A model generated the notes under the pieces. That model was not told where the DNA came from, made no database searches, and saw nothing but the letters and a program-made list of their open reading frames with translations. 64,000 nt of DNA, taken from positions 23,014 to 87,013 of the forward strand of contig CALSCP010002399.1 of the NCBI GenBank assembly GCA_943704425.1, read 5' to 3'. Within the stretch, counting starts at the first letter, position 1; each line of letters begins with the position of its first letter. This DNA comes from Ministeria vibrans ATCC 50519 (Eukaryota > Protista > Filasterea). The position numbers were made by a program, and so were the translations under genes. Positions 36,288 to 49,210 of the stretch are shown here, in pieces.

Positions 36288-37036
36288 ATGTCGCTGTTGG
36301 ACGCGCTGATTGGCACTCCCTGGTGGGCGATTGAGACGAGCATTCGTCTGGTGCTGTCGCTCATCGGTTTGGTGTTTGTCATCCCACTTGCGATTGTGAG
36401 GCTTGTCAGTGAAGGCAAGAGGTCGGTCATGTCACTGGCGGGGCTCTACCAGACGTGTGCCATGGTGAGTGGGACTTGAACTCGCCTCTCCTCTCCGTTG
36501 ACTCTCTCTTGTGGTGCGCAGGTGCCGTTCTTTGGGCCAATGCTCTTCTCGTCGCTCATTGGCGTTGTTGCGCCCTACTCGGCTGGAATTGGCGCCTACA
36601 TGCTGGCAGTGGAGCGATCCGGCGTGTGCATTGCGTCTATTCGCGAGCGCCCGTGGCTGAAGAATCCGTTCAACTCGATTCACGCTCTGGGTATGAATGA
36701 GACTGCGCAACACACTCAGAGTCAACGAACGCCTTTTCTTGCGTAGCGCTTGCCAATCTGGGCGAACTTGTAACGGGCTTGGCGGTGATGACGCTGCTGG
36801 AGAAGCGTCGCAACACGAGCGCTATTGTGACGGGGATCAATACGACGTACTCGAAGAAGGCGCGCGGCACCATTACCGGCTATGCCAATGTGACGCTGGA
36901 GGTGCCCGAGGACACGCCCGGCGACTACCACCAGTCTGTGGTGGGCGAGCTGAAGAACGCAAAGGGCGAGGTGGTGGCGACGACGACGGTGCAGTGGACC
37001 TTTCGCGTGAAGGCCAAGAAGGCCAAGAAGGAGTAG
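36288..37036 (+). CDS. Hotdog-fold thioesterase (DUF4442/PaaI-like) with an N-terminal TM anchor
   Basis: APYSAGIGA, RERPWLKNPFNSIHAL|ALANLGE, YSKKARGTITG; 2 introns. Confidence 0.85.
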
Positions 37037-37089
37037 TGTGTCAACGTTTGTTTTATTGCATATTACATTTCGTGTGTGAGAGCTGAGTA

Positions 37090-38507
37090 TTAGGTGGGCA
37101 GTGAGCCGGAAGGAGCATCGTAGGGCACCTCGGAGGCGCGTTTGACAACGACATAGTCGGCAGGGAGATTGGGAGCAGTGATAAAAAGGTCGGAGGTCGA
37201 ACTGTGGGGGTGCTCGTTGAAGAGATGGTGATTACAGTCGATGGACTGAGAAGAAGAGTTAGGGGCGGTGGAGGCGGGGGAGGGTGAGGCAGTAGTATTG
37301 GCAGTGGTAGTAGTGGTGGTGTTGGTGGTGATGGTAGTGGCGGCGGTGGTGGGTGGGAGTGCGTGGTGGGACGTGGAGGGTGAGGCCATATAGACGGGCA
37401 TGCGAGCTTGGACGCTGATGAGGGAAGGGCCGCTCTGCTGTAACTGGGCAATGGGTCAGTGGGTGAGTGGGCGGGTGAGTGTGTGGAACGTACTTGGTTG
37501 AGGAAGAGACATAAAGCGTCAAACTCTGCGTGGGTCTGGGTGAGGAAGCCCACACTCATGGTGGGATCCATGCTGCTAAAGGCCATCTTGACGGGCATAT
37601 TTGTGTGGTGGATCTGCACGACAAGTGTCGGATCAGTGATCGTTGAGCGGACAGACATTGTGTGTTTGTGTGTGTATCTTTTGGTGTGTGTGCTTTGTGT
37701 GTGTGTGAATGGCGTCCAACGTTGCTTTGTGTGTGATTGTGTGTGGGGGCTTTGTGTGTGATTGTGTGTGGGGGCTTTGTGTGTGATTGTGTGCGCTTAT
37801 GTCTTGTTCACGCTCTCTATTATTGTTACGTCTGAGTTGAACTTTGAGTCAGAGACTGGTACAAACTTTTTGAGCGCGTGGGGGTCAAAGTAGATAACCC
37901 CATCGCCTAAACAGAGAGCAAATCAACTCAATGAACAAGTTTGTTTCGTTCGTACTTTGATATGCGACAAAATACAAAGAGTGCTTGGGTTTTCCTCCAA
38001 TGATTCCCACACAAGAACTTTGTTCCAGAAATTTCTATAAAAGTAATGTTTAGTGCTCAAATTTCCACACAAATCTGTTGTGAATGAGAGGTACTTTTAA
38101 CAGAGGAATGTAGATTTTGTTGACGGATGAGATGCCAAGACGAACAGGGACAAAAGTCAGTAAAGGACCAACAGATCCAGAAGGAAACAGACGCAACACC
38201 TGAAAGAATGAGAGGGAGAGAATGAGAATGAGAGACTCGAGAAGAAAGAAATGAGAGAGACAGAATGAGAGGAACATACACAGACCTAGGATTGAAACTC
38301 ACTTATATACTGGCAGAATACACAAAAAATGAGAGATATCAAAGAAAGAGAGGAGAGGGGAGGGAAAATTGAGAGTGACACACAGTAAAGACAGTGAGTG
38401 TGACTGTGGGCCTCACCTGGTCCCGGTAGATCACTTGATCGCGTGCCAAATACGCATTGAAGGGCGTCCCTGGCGCGTTTTCGCATCGCTGTCGATTGAT
38501 CAACTCA

Positions 38508-38541
<34 letters not shown>

Positions 38542-39597
38542 GTGAGTGGACTCTCCCTCCCTTTCATCTCCTTTCGTACGTGAGCACACGAGCGACAGTC
38601 GCCGGCCCAAACCAGTCGCCAATGGCTTTGTCAAAGATGCGTGCGCCCAGTCGGGTCATGCTGTGCACCGAGTAGGGTGTTTCCGGCGTGTCCTGAAACT
38701 CCTTTAGAATCTGTACAGAAGCATCAAAAAAAAAAAAAGAAAAAAACACACAAAATCATATGAGAAACGGATTGGTCGAAAGACAAGAAGCCCTGCTGTG
38801 TCCTCACTTGGATGTAGATGGGGTACATGTCCGATTTTTCCGAGAGCGACGTTTCTCCTGAGCCTATTCGAAAATCTGGCACAACGTTAAGGGGTCGAGA
38901 AACGAATGGTCGATATGAGGCGCTTTGGGGGCTTACCACGGCCAAGGCGACACACCGACATAGCCTGGGCGACCATCATCTGGGCGCTGCGCAGCGTGCA
39001 GCCCCACCCCGAGTCCGACGTGTACGAGGAGCCCTCGAGACGCGGAAAGTCGCGTCGATAAGAGAAAAACAGACGACTCTCAAAGTCTCGAATGAATTCG
39101 TGCACATGCGGCTTTCGGTGGGCCTTCTTCGGCAGACACGGATCTATTGACGCCATATCTAGAGCAAGGCAGGTCGAGCGTTATTTTTTTTTTTTTCTCC
39201 TTCGCGGGAGGACTGAGCACTGTAGTTCAGCTTGCAGGGGGCGCGGGAGGGCGCGGGCGGGCGCAGCGCGTACCGTTCAGGTCGTATTTCTCGCCGAGAC
39301 AGTAGATAGGAGAGTCGCTGAAGGAGGAGAGGGCGCCAGACACTGGAGGAGGGCACAGAGAGAGCGTCAGAAAAGGCACAGTTGATTGCGTTGCCATTGC
39401 GCGACTCGTTTGGGCAAGTCGCTCCTGTCAGTGGTGGCATGGTCCGTACCGTGATGCTTGAGAGAGTAGAATACACCCATGACTTTGGTTTTCACGTCGT
39501 GAACACTCGAGTTTGAGAGTGACGGCGCACCCGTCGAATCGTCCGAGGCGACTCGATCAGCCATGTGGGCGCACCCCCTTGCACAAGTGCCGTCCAT
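37090..39597 (-). CDS. ATG4: Autophagy cysteine protease ATG4
   Basis: FSYRRDF, catalytic [39 protein letters not shown] and [10 protein letters not shown] over about 10 exons. Confidence 0.95.
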
Positions 39598-39849
39598 GAC
39601 TCGTTCTTCACAGGCGCCAAATATCGAGTAGAATTATATTATTAAAATTTTTGTTAATTTGTAAATTGAAAATGTCGAAATTAATGTCGAAAATCAGATA
39701 AGCAACGCCGACACGAAGAACATGTAAAAGAAGTAGTCAACTCAATTACTCAAACAGAAAAAGTATCAATTGCATCAGTATACAGCAACTCGAAAGTCGA
39801 AAACATGCTAATAAGCCACTCAGTGGGTCGTCCTTAGTCTTTGTCTGGG

Positions 39850-42800
39850 TCAGGGACTCACGTTTGCGGCACTTTTGCAACTTTCGCTGAGCTTTCGCAG
39901 AATCAGCAGCGCGCCCGACTTGTCAATGGTCTGGTTCTTCTTAGGGCAGTCCACATCAAAGACACAGTCCTTGCAGCCGGCAACACAAGGGCACGAGGCA
40001 ACGAGCACACACGCACGCCGCAGTGCCTCGTCCATGACATCAAGAGCCGCCAGAGCAACACCCACCTTCCGTGACCTATCGTACACAAGCAGACGCACGG
40101 GACGTGTGCGCAGTGGAGTCTCCGCGGCGCTGACATGCTCGGTGCCCAGATCACCCCGATCACAGTTAAGCAGTGGCAAAAGCATGTGGACAAGGGCATG
40201 TGCCGCGGCGTGGACTGCCAGCTTGATATCGGCAATAGCCTGTGTGCCATCGCCAGAACCCGGTACCTGCAGCAGCTCGCGCTGCCACACTGCCGTCACA
40301 TCCACCCAGGTGGCCGCTGTGTCCACTGTGTACTTAGGCAAGTCCAGCGGCACCGTTTCTATGCGCTCGTTGTTCTGCTTGCGCAGTCGATGGAAGCCAT
40401 AGACATGAGTGACGCTGGTGGCGGGTGCATGTGACACAACGCATTGGTGGTACGCCCGCCAGCGCGTCACGGCTCCCACATGGACATCGTGCACATCCTG
40501 CTGCCGCGTGTAGTATGCCAGGGGACTCGCCTGCCGCGCCCGTGCCACACGCCCCTCCACGTCCAGCGACTCCACAACGTACTCCACACCCCGATTGGCA
40601 TACACTGCTCCCCTAAAAGACGAAGAAAAAAAAAATCATTTTTTTTGTTCTGATGCTTGGTTGGTGTTTGTTGTTGTTTCAGTTTACGGGTACGCCTCAA
40701 AAAAGACACGCCATGGCTCGATTTCGTCTAACACTTCGCCACTGGCCGAGTCGAGCACGCGGTAATTGCTTTCGCTGATATCACGCAGATGAACAGCGCG
40801 CGCTGGGTAGGCAACGGCGCGCGTGTCATGCCACAGTCCTGTGCGCGCATCTCGTGCTAGGGCGGGCCCTTCGCTGCGACGGGGCTGTGCAAGGCGCTCA
40901 ATCATTGCCGTCAATTGTTTCTCACCACCAAACCAGAGTGCATCACGCTTCAGATCGAGTGGGCGTTCAGCGGCCGCACAGAGTGTATGGGCCTCGAGCA
41001 CATCCGCCTGATCGGGATTGAGCACCACCTGCTCAGTCTCGAGTGCCAGCGCTGCCTTGGGGTCCGCTGCAAAAAAGGCGTCGGTAGCGCCCGTTTGGCA
41101 CAACACGAGCACCGCGATTGAGGCACGCGCCGTCGAGCGACCCGCGCGACCCGCCTGCTGCCACAGACTGGCAACACTGCCGGGAAAACCCGCGTGCAAA
41201 GTCACATCAAGCACTCCAATGTCAATGCCCAATTCAAGTGCATTGGTCGCGACGACGCCCAAAAGCTCGCCAGAGTAAAGGCGCCGCTCAATGTCGCGGC
41301 GATCGGACGCCGAGTAACCACCACGATAGCTGGTGACATGGGGAAGGAGGTCATTGCGCTTGCGCCAGCGCAGTTCGTCGTGTGCGTGCATTAGCGTCAC
41401 CTCACACTGCTTGCGATAGCGGCAGAACAAAAGGGTGCGCAGTCCAGCAAGAACACACTCCACCAGGAGACTCGCTGCCTCCTGACTGTCGGTGCGGCGC
41501 CGATCAATGGCGTGCATGGCAAAGGGGCGAGTTTCGCTCTGCTTGCGTGCGCGTGCCTCAAGAGCCTGCAGTTCCTTGGCCGACTTCTCGGGCGGTCTCC
41601 ACACCACGACGAGCTTGCGACCACAGGCTGAGCCATCATCGTCAATCACAGTGAGCGTCGTGGCACAGCGTGCCGGAAGCAAGCGAGAGGCGAGCGCGCG
41701 GGGATTGCCAGTGGTCGCGCTGCAGCACACATACACGGGGCGGTCACTGGGTGCGCAATTCGTGTCAAGCAGTCGCTCGAGACGACGCAGCACAACAGCT
41801 ACATGTGCACCAAACGTACCGTGATACGTGTGGCTCTCATCGAGCACAACCACAGCGAGATGGGACAGAAATCGTTGCCAACCATGAGTGTGATTGGGGA
41901 GCACAGTCACATGAAGAGTGTCGGGATTGGTCAGAATCACATTGGCAGTGGCACGCGTCAGAGTGCGTTCTGCGGCAGGAGTGTCACCATCAAGTATGGC
42001 GGGATGGACTAATGTCTCAAGATGCGTCCCTCGAATACACGTGTTGAGCGCGCGCAGCTGATCTTGCGCTAGTGCCTTAGTGGGGAACACAAGAAGTGCA
42101 GTGATGCTGTCGGGCTGTTGTACGAGCCGTTCGAATATCGGCAGTAGATAGCACAGAGATTTGCCGCTCGCGGTGCTTGTAGCCACGACGGTGTGCCGTG
42201 AGTGAAGAAGAGCATCTACGGCCAGCGCCTGGTGTGCATACAGCTGCGAAATACCCAGGCCTGATAGCAGGCCCACAACTGGATCGCTCAGTGCAATGGT
42301 GGGCGACAAGAAGCGTGCCTGACGCGCAGGCATGTCTTTGACATGAAGAATCTGTTGCTTGTACGAGGGTGCCAACACGAGACGTCCAAGCAGGCCATTG
42401 CACACGTCTGTTTCATCCAAAGGGAGCGCTGTTTTTGAGTGTGTTGTTGTTGTCGTCGTTGGCGTTGTAGCGGTCAACATTGACGGTGACGTGAACTCTG
42501 AAGCGCCCTTCTCCCCATCCAGAGGGATATCGGCCATCCAAGCGTAGTCGTCCTCCTCGCCTTCCTCGTCGTTGCAGTCAGCGCCACTCTCGGTTGTCTC
42601 GTCCGACTCTTTCACGCGCCTTCTCTTTTTCACGGGCGACAACGACTCCTCGTGAGAGCGCGGTAATGGACTCATAGGTGGAGGTGCGTTGGGGTCAAGG
42701 TCGAGGGTTGCAAGACGTTCGCGAAATGCAGTGAGTCGACGCTGTCGCGCAACCGGACCCCAGCTTCCTGCGCCGCGCGCTGCATGAGAAAAGGACACAA

Positions 42801-43182
42801 CAAGGCGCATCTGTTCGCCGTCATTCGCACTGCGTGCTGGGTCGTACGGATCGTACTTGGGACGCGCAAGTTGAAGTGTCAAAAGTGCGGGAGCGACAAA
42901 GGCCAGTCGTCGCGCATCGTCGTCTGTCAGCGGTGCAATTCCCATCGAGTGTATTCTCTCAATGCTGCACTGTACTCCACGAGGGGAGAGCAATGCGCAC
43001 GAGGCGTCCACTGCTGAAAATAGCGCAGCATAGCGTTCCAACGTCTCGCTCAGAACGCGTTCCTTCTTCCTTTTTTGTTTCGGCACTAGCAATGACTTCG
43101 GAAGTACCCGACGAGGAGAACCATGCGAGAGAACATCCTTTGGAGGTGGAAGAGAGACTCTGGTCGGAACTCCGTCCATCAA
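39850..43182 (-). CDS. HRQ1: Hrq1/RecQ4-like SF2 helicase with a C-terminal DUF1998 zinc-binding domain
   Basis: LYAHQA, TSTASGKSL, FPTKALAQDQ, LTNPD, LDESH, SAT, YRGGY, ATNALELGIDIG, QQAGRAGR, CPCVAGCKDC; one intron at ~40614-40687. Confidence 0.93.
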
Positions 43183-43514
43183 TGAGAAAAGTGTGTAAAT
43201 TTTTTAAATATTTCTGATTGAACTCACTGAAGAACTGACGATCTCTCTGTCTGTCTGACGCCGACCGACGCGCAGGCACTCACCAACTCAGTGGATCACT
43301 CACCGCTCACTTTTCCAGAGCCCAGAGACTACGATCGCAGCCTATGAGCTCGCTCGACGGACATTGTAAAAATTAATGATAAGAATTATAAGATGCAAAT
43401 TGCAAGCACTCGACTTAACACTCACTGCCAAACAGTCTATTTCTCATTCTTCTGCTGAAATCTGCTCCTTTTTTTCACGAGGACATCAGCGATTCTTCAT
43501 CACGGGCACAAAAC

Positions 43515-44227
43515 ATGATGATGAAGGTGAGGGTTTCGGCGCGTTGGATTCCGCTCCTCGCCCTCGTGTCATCGCTGTGCTTTATGTTGTTCATGTCTCG
43601 TGAAATTGTCGACTATGACCGCCCCGAGAGATCCGTCGTTGCCAACCTCTCTCCGCCCCCCGTCTATTCGGCGCTTTCTACTCGCCAGCACGGCACTGCG
43701 CCAGAAACGCCAGAAAGCGAGGGCGTTCATGCGCTGCAATTCAGACTTTTTGTGGCGCCCACGACAGAGCGTATCTTTGCGCTGCTGCGTCGCCGGTTGC
43801 CGTCGTACGCCCCCATTGAGGTACTCGACTCAAACTGGGAACAGTGGGCGGACGCGCGAGTCGCCTTGGCGGGCGATATTTTTCTCACGTTAGAATCGTT
43901 TGACGGCAACGAGTCAGTCGTTCAACGGCCAAACGTCACGCAAATCAAAGGGGCGCCTCTTCTGCGTCTCCGCATGGACACAACCGACGAGTTATTGCGA
44001 ATGAACGAGGCTTCAGGCGCGGAGGCGGTCGAAAAGAATCGTTTGTGCACGGGGTTTGCATCGTCAGACATCGCGTTGGCAAGATCCATGACTGAGTTTG
44101 CTGTGTGCCCACAGTCGTTCTTTGTCGGTAACCTCTGGGCGGACGTACTCCACGAGGAATTTGCACAGGCACACTGCAATAGCGTCGATGGTACCTCGGG
44201 CAAGTTGACTAACGCCACTGGCGGCAA

Positions 44228-44258
<31 letters not shown>

Positions 44259-46284
44259 AAGACGACTGCAATTGTGTTCCTGTCGGGCAGCATACCCGAG
44301 AGTGATGCTGCTCGCAAGCAATGGCAGCAGCACGTTGCCCCTCTCCAGCGCCTCCACGTTGTGTCATTTGCCAACGAGCATCGCTCGACAGGCTGGCTTT
44401 TTGCAACTCAAGCACATCAACAGCAGCAACAGCAGCAGCAGCAACGTCCCACCTTCTCCAATTCTAGCCACATCTGTGCCGCTCTTCTTGCGCTGCGCTC
44501 CAACAAGAAACATGTTCGGGTGCTCTCCGACTCACCGGCACTTCTGGACGCTGCACGTGCCATTGCTCCCGCGGCCGCATCGGCGCCGGTGTTGCCATCG
44601 CCGTCATCACTGCGGCCACCACAGAGGACGTCATCTCACGAGTTTCTTTACGTCGACCAAGACGGCAGTACCGTCGCAATGCTCCCACTTCATCCTGCAA
44701 CAAGGGATGGCTGCGCCGTCGAGCGACTCGCAGACCTCGTTCACGCGACCTTCGACAGGGTAACGACTGTTGAGGTGCGCAAGGGAGTGTTCGAGCCACG
44801 TGATGGGCAGTGGTCATCCAGCGGCACCTCTGCTGGACCCGTGCCGACAAGCCCTCTTCCACGACCCATGCCAAGCCAGCGCATTTTTGTAAATCTTGCA
44901 GACTGGGTGGGGCGGTGTGGACCCGAGGAGACAATCTCCGGCGGCCTCATCTACATGCAGCGGTACATCTTTGAGCTTGCCCGCTCCCCATCGACGTTTG
45001 TGCACATCATGAGTGTCTATGGCATTGACATCGTGCCCACTCTGGTTAGCCGCATGCTTTCGAGTCACCCGCGCGTCGCGCTCATCTACTCGAACAACCA
45101 ACTGGGCAGACTCAACCAGATTGACTTGCACGCGCGTCAACACGTGTCCAACGTGCACGCTTTGCTCCGAAAATTTCACTGTATGGTACTTATTGTGCGT
45201 GCTCTCTCTCATGCTCGGCAGCACGTTGCTCTACTTCAGGCATACGCCTTGTACGCTCCTGTGATTATACGGCGTCGTATTGTGCTGGCACCGTTGAGTC
45301 GCCCCAACATGGAGGAACTTTTGCGAGCGCTCAGCCTCCGAAAATTTCAGCTTGCGTCGCAGCAGCCGCGTCACCAAGGACTCTGGCTGCCTGATCATCC
45401 CGACCATCCAGTTCTCTATATGCCACCTGTAGTTTCCACGTCAGAGACCGATGCATCGCTTCTTCGCGAGCGTCCCTTCTCCATGTCCGAGCCCACATTT
45501 TGTATCATCGCCATTGCGCAGCCTCGCTACGACGGACTACAAGCCACACTTCTCGGCCTGGCGCTTGTGCAAGAGCGTCTTCCTCACGCCCGCATTATCG
45601 CTCACATTGGTGGCCTCCACCGCCTCAATGAGTCGTCTACAGCCACAGGGCAGGCACTTGCTCGTCTGAAAAACGCCAATATCACCGATGCCGTGCCGTA
45701 CGACGAGGCTCGTCAAGCCTCTCTCGAGCGTTGTGACTTTGGGTTTCGCAGCGTGCGCAAGCCCGACCAGGATGGCTACAGCGACCTAAAGGAGCTCGTG
45801 AGCACCAAAGTGCTCGAGATGGCCATCACAGGACTGCCCATTGTCTTGGATCCCTTTCCGGTACACACGCGAGCAGACCATTTCGGCGAGGATTACCCCC
45901 TCCTGTGGGATTGCATGGGCAACGATGCGCCACAGCGACTTGCGGATTTGCTGGTGCGAGTGGTGGCCGACCCCACCTTGTACAAACTGGCGTCACAGCG
46001 GGTCTTGCGCATGTCGCGTCAATTCCGCGTTGAATACCACGTATCCGTGTTATTGTCACACCTGGTCGGCGTGTATCCACGTGGCTCGACCCAGCAGTCT
46101 ATTGTGCGGAGCGAAAATGCTCTGCTACTCGCCCAGGGTGTCTCTTCAGACACACAGCCCGACCGCTACTGCATTGCCTGGTCGTCAATTGCCACCTGTA
46201 TCATGTATTGCAATGCGTCCACATGCTACAAAGAGATCTTTGACTCGCGCGCCTTAGGCAACACCGTTCAAGATATCACCTTGG
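43515..46284 (+). CDS. Type II membrane protein with a GT-B (GT4-like) glycosyltransferase domain; 3' end uncertain
   Basis: N-terminal TM; ELVSTKVLEMAITGLPIVL...GEDYPLL GT-B motif. The coding exon ends at a GTAAAT donor at 46285. Confidence 0.7.
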
Positions 46285-46289
46285 TAAAT

Positions 46290-46460
46290 TATTATTATTA
46301 TTATTATCATCAGTTCTTATTCTTATTAATAATATTCTTACTACTATTATTATTATTATTATTATATATTTTTTCTTACTATTACTATTATTATTATTAT
46401 CATCAGTTCTTATTCTTATTAATAATATTCTTACTACTATTATTATTATTATTATTATAA
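46290..46460. repeat. ~75-bp AT-rich direct duplication built on (TAT)n
   Basis: tattattatcatcagttcttattcttattaataatattcttactactattatt occurs twice, next to the transposon left end. Confidence 0.8.
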
Positions 46461-46499
46461 TTAAAATAATTATAATAATAAATAAATTATTTAAGAAAT

Positions 46500-49115
46500 C
46501 GTCCATAAATAAATTGCTCAAACGGCGAAAAATTGAATTTTTTTAATCCGCGTCTAAAGTTCACCGCAATACTGCACTCGCACCCCATCCCCAATCTCCC
46601 CGAACACGCCACTATAGGCAACCCCTATGGGTTCTGTTGACGTCCCGCCTTTGATTTCCGCCATGAGAACCACGCATCAACGGTGGGACGCGTCAATATT
46701 GACGTGTCTTGCAACTTCGCAATTTCGCCCATCGCATAGTCGATTAATTTGGAGCACTGTCGCCGCCACATCGCCTTCTCTCCCTTTCGCGCCCCCAAGG
46801 ACTGACGGTACACGGTCTCAAGCACACGTTTTTGTTCGATGGACTCGATGGTGGGCTCAACTGGGACAGCTTTGGTGGTCAAAGTCGGACGACCACGTTT
46901 TCGCGGTCTGGGATTGCCATCCTCATCCGCCTCCTTGGCAGCCGCATCAGGTCCGTCCGGGTGGGGGCATGTCTGGTCTCTCTTGGTATACTTCCTGATG
47001 TACTGACGCACGTTCTTATACAAAAACATGCGTCGTGCGCGCGTCATGGCGAAGTCATTCGCGGCGGGCGCGGGAGGAGCAAATTTCTCAACTTCGAACT
47101 TCGATGTCCCTTGCAAGTTCGCCGATGTCAGCGTCGGATTTTCGCCCCATTCCTCCGTCATCGTCACCTTCCACGGCTCGTCCTTGTGGAACGAGAACGT
47201 TCGGTACGCTCCAATGCCCTTGATCTTCGCGAGCGAGTCAAAGTGCAGCGACCACAGACGCCACTGGTACCCGAACGGGACTGGCACCGATTTGCCGCGG
47301 AAGTGCACTGCGGTGTAAGTTGTGCCCTTTGTTGCGACCTCGCCAAGCTCTTGAAGAGTGTCGATCGCCAATGCGCGACGGTACTTGCTTTTGAAGACAC
47401 CAAAAAAGGCATCTGGGCGGAACTTGGTGTGGCCAGGAATCATGAAGTCGACGAGGACGGACTCGAAACGGCCTGTGGCAACGAGCCAAGCGAAGAATTG
47501 CATGACCGTGCGGTTCTTGTTCTGGCCAGTGCAGTTGTCCATCTGCACCCTCAGGTGCTTCTGGCCAGCAGAGCGAGTGCACAGGTACTCGAAGAGCATT
47601 GTGACAACGGCATCTGCGCCAAGGCGACCTTTTTTGCTCACTCCACCGCTGGTGCTGGCTGCTGCTTCCTCATCCGCATCCTTTGACGACGTCTCACCCT
47701 CGTCAAACAAGAACAATGTCATGTGTCCGATGTTCTCATTGACAACGCCAAAGACATGGACGCGGAGTGGGGTGGAGAAGTAGATGGTACCGCGCTGGTC
47801 TGACGAGTATGGAACGCTGACTTCCTCAGCAAAGTCGCAGCTGATGAGCAGAGTGTCGTCGCGAGTGCACCACTCATCGTCAGCAAGTGCTGCCGGCGTG
47901 CGCTGGTCCCACTGAAGTCGCTTGAACATGTACTCCTGGTAGTCGACTGGGGCGTCCGTGAAGGAGCGCGCGGCCTCAAGCTGGTGACGCTGGTAAGTCT
48001 TGCGAACATCCTTTGCGACTTGGAGGTGATCGCGCCACCGCTGTGTGTGCCCGTCCACGAGCGTCTCGTTGTCAGCATTCGTGATCTGATCGCGGAGCTT
48101 CTGGCAAGTGTCACAGAGGTCACTGCGAGGGCCAACAGTGATGACATGTGGAAAGTGCTCATGGCGCATGTTGTAGAAGCCGGCGCGCGAAATGAGGGGC
48201 TTCTCAGCCTGAATCGCAAGCTTGGCGAACTCGGCATAGATGCCCTCAATTGTGTACGCGCTGGGTAGCAGGATACGCGGCCTTCCGTTACTGCCAGACA
48301 CCTTCGCGGGATCGGGCATTGCATTTGCCGACGCGAAGTTTTCGAAAAAGGTCATTGCGACGTCCAACTTCTCCTTCTCCGCCGGTCGACCGCGACGTTC
48401 CTCCTCGGGCTCCTCCCATATGATGTTCGGGTGGTCTCCAGCAGCCTTGGTGGCGCTGAATATCGTGCGAACCGACGATGACAATACCGTCGCAAACACC
48501 GCCCGACAGACCTCCTCACCGCGCAACATGAAGTGCGGTCGCTTGCCAGAGGCTGTGATGATCCATGCGCCGAACTCAATGAATTCTCGACGCTCCACAA
48601 GGCCGCGCGAACGCAGTTGGCGAGCAACGCTCGCCACGTCATCAACGGCAAACTTCGTGGTGCATTTTTTCGTGCACCCGCAGCCGTTTTCCCACAGATT
48701 GCGAACGTCTTGCTCAGCCTTGTTGATTTGAACCTCAGTGGCGAGCGCGTGAGGCGCGGCGGGGGGAGTAGGTGAAGTTTCGGCACCGGCTTTTTCAACA
48801 TTCTCGACGCGCCCAACGAGAATATCAACACGCTTTCGCACATGCGATACGCGTAGACGGAGTTGTTCTTGGATGTCCTCTTCTGTCGCACCAATGTGCG
48901 CGAAGTCTTGACGATCAAAATCGTCCATTTGGACAGAATCGTTTTCAGCCATTTTGAAGTGGGAGAGGGTAATTTGAACGCCAAATGGCGACGCGACGTA
49001 CAAATTGAAAATGCAAGATTAATAGTGCAAAAAAAAGCGCGGAAAACGGTCGTCTGGATCGTGAGATAACCGCGAAAACGACGATGGGCTCATTTGAGCA
49101 ATTTATTTATAGACG
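46500..49115 (-). mobile_element. Sola1-type DNA transposon, ~2.6 kb, apparently autonomous
   Basis: Terminal inverted repeats cgtc(c/t)ataaataaattgctcaaa at 46500-46522 and 49093-49115 (1 mismatch), with AWWT-type flanks AAAT and ATTT. Encloses an intact transposase ORF. Confidence 0.88.
46625..48952 (-). CDS. Sola1-type DDD transposase (775 aa from ATG 48952)
   Basis: CGCTKKC, VCRAVF, DLCDTC, ISCDF, FDEGE, MDNCTGQNKN, FMIPGHTKFRPDAFFG; intronless with no stops. Confidence 0.88.
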   Translation of the reverse strand: MAENDSVQMDDFDRQDFAHIGATEEDIQEQLRLRVSHVRKRVDILVGRVENVEKAGAETSPTPPAAPHALATEVQINKAEQDVRNLWENGCGCTKKCTTKFAVDDVASVARQLRSRGLVERREFIEFGAWIITASGKRPHFMLRGEEVCRAVFATVLSSSVRTIFSATKAAGDHPNIIWEEPEEERRGRPAEKEKLDVAMTFFENFASANAMPDPAKVSGSNGRPRILLPSAYTIEGIYAEFAKLAIQAEKPLISRAGFYNMRHEHFPHVITVGPRSDLCDTCQKLRDQITNADNETLVDGHTQRWRDHLQVAKDVRKTYQRHQLEAARSFTDAPVDYQEYMFKRLQWDQRTPAALADDEWCTRDDTLLISCDFAEEVSVPYSSDQRGTIYFSTPLRVHVFGVVNENIGHMTLFLFDEGETSSKDADEEAAASTSGGVSKKGRLGADAVVTMLFEYLCTRSAGQKHLRVQMDNCTGQNKNRTVMQFFAWLVATGRFESVLVDFMIPGHTKFRPDAFFGVFKSKYRRALAIDTLQELGEVATKGTTYTAVHFRGKSVPVPFGYQWRLWSLHFDSLAKIKGIGAYRTFSFHKDEPWKVTMTEEWGENPTLTSANLQGTSKFEVEKFAPPAPAANDFAMTRARRMFLYKNVRQYIRKYTKRDQTCPHPDGPDAAAKEADEDGNPRPRKRGRPTLTTKAVPVEPTIESIEQKRVLETVYRQSLGARKGEKAMWRRQCSKLIDYAMGEIAKLQDTSILTRPTVDAWFSWRKSKAGRQQNP

Positions 49116-49210
49116 ATTTATTATTATTATTATTATTATTTTTTTTATTTTTTTTTCACACCCTGTCAGTTTGAAGTTGTCAGAACGATCGACCCTGAGC
49201 GCTTGTCGAA

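Noticed and set aside
46285-46460. Poly-Tyr/Leu hydrophobic tail on the 981-aa ORF
   Set aside because: Translation of intronic (TAT)n sequence after a GT donor.
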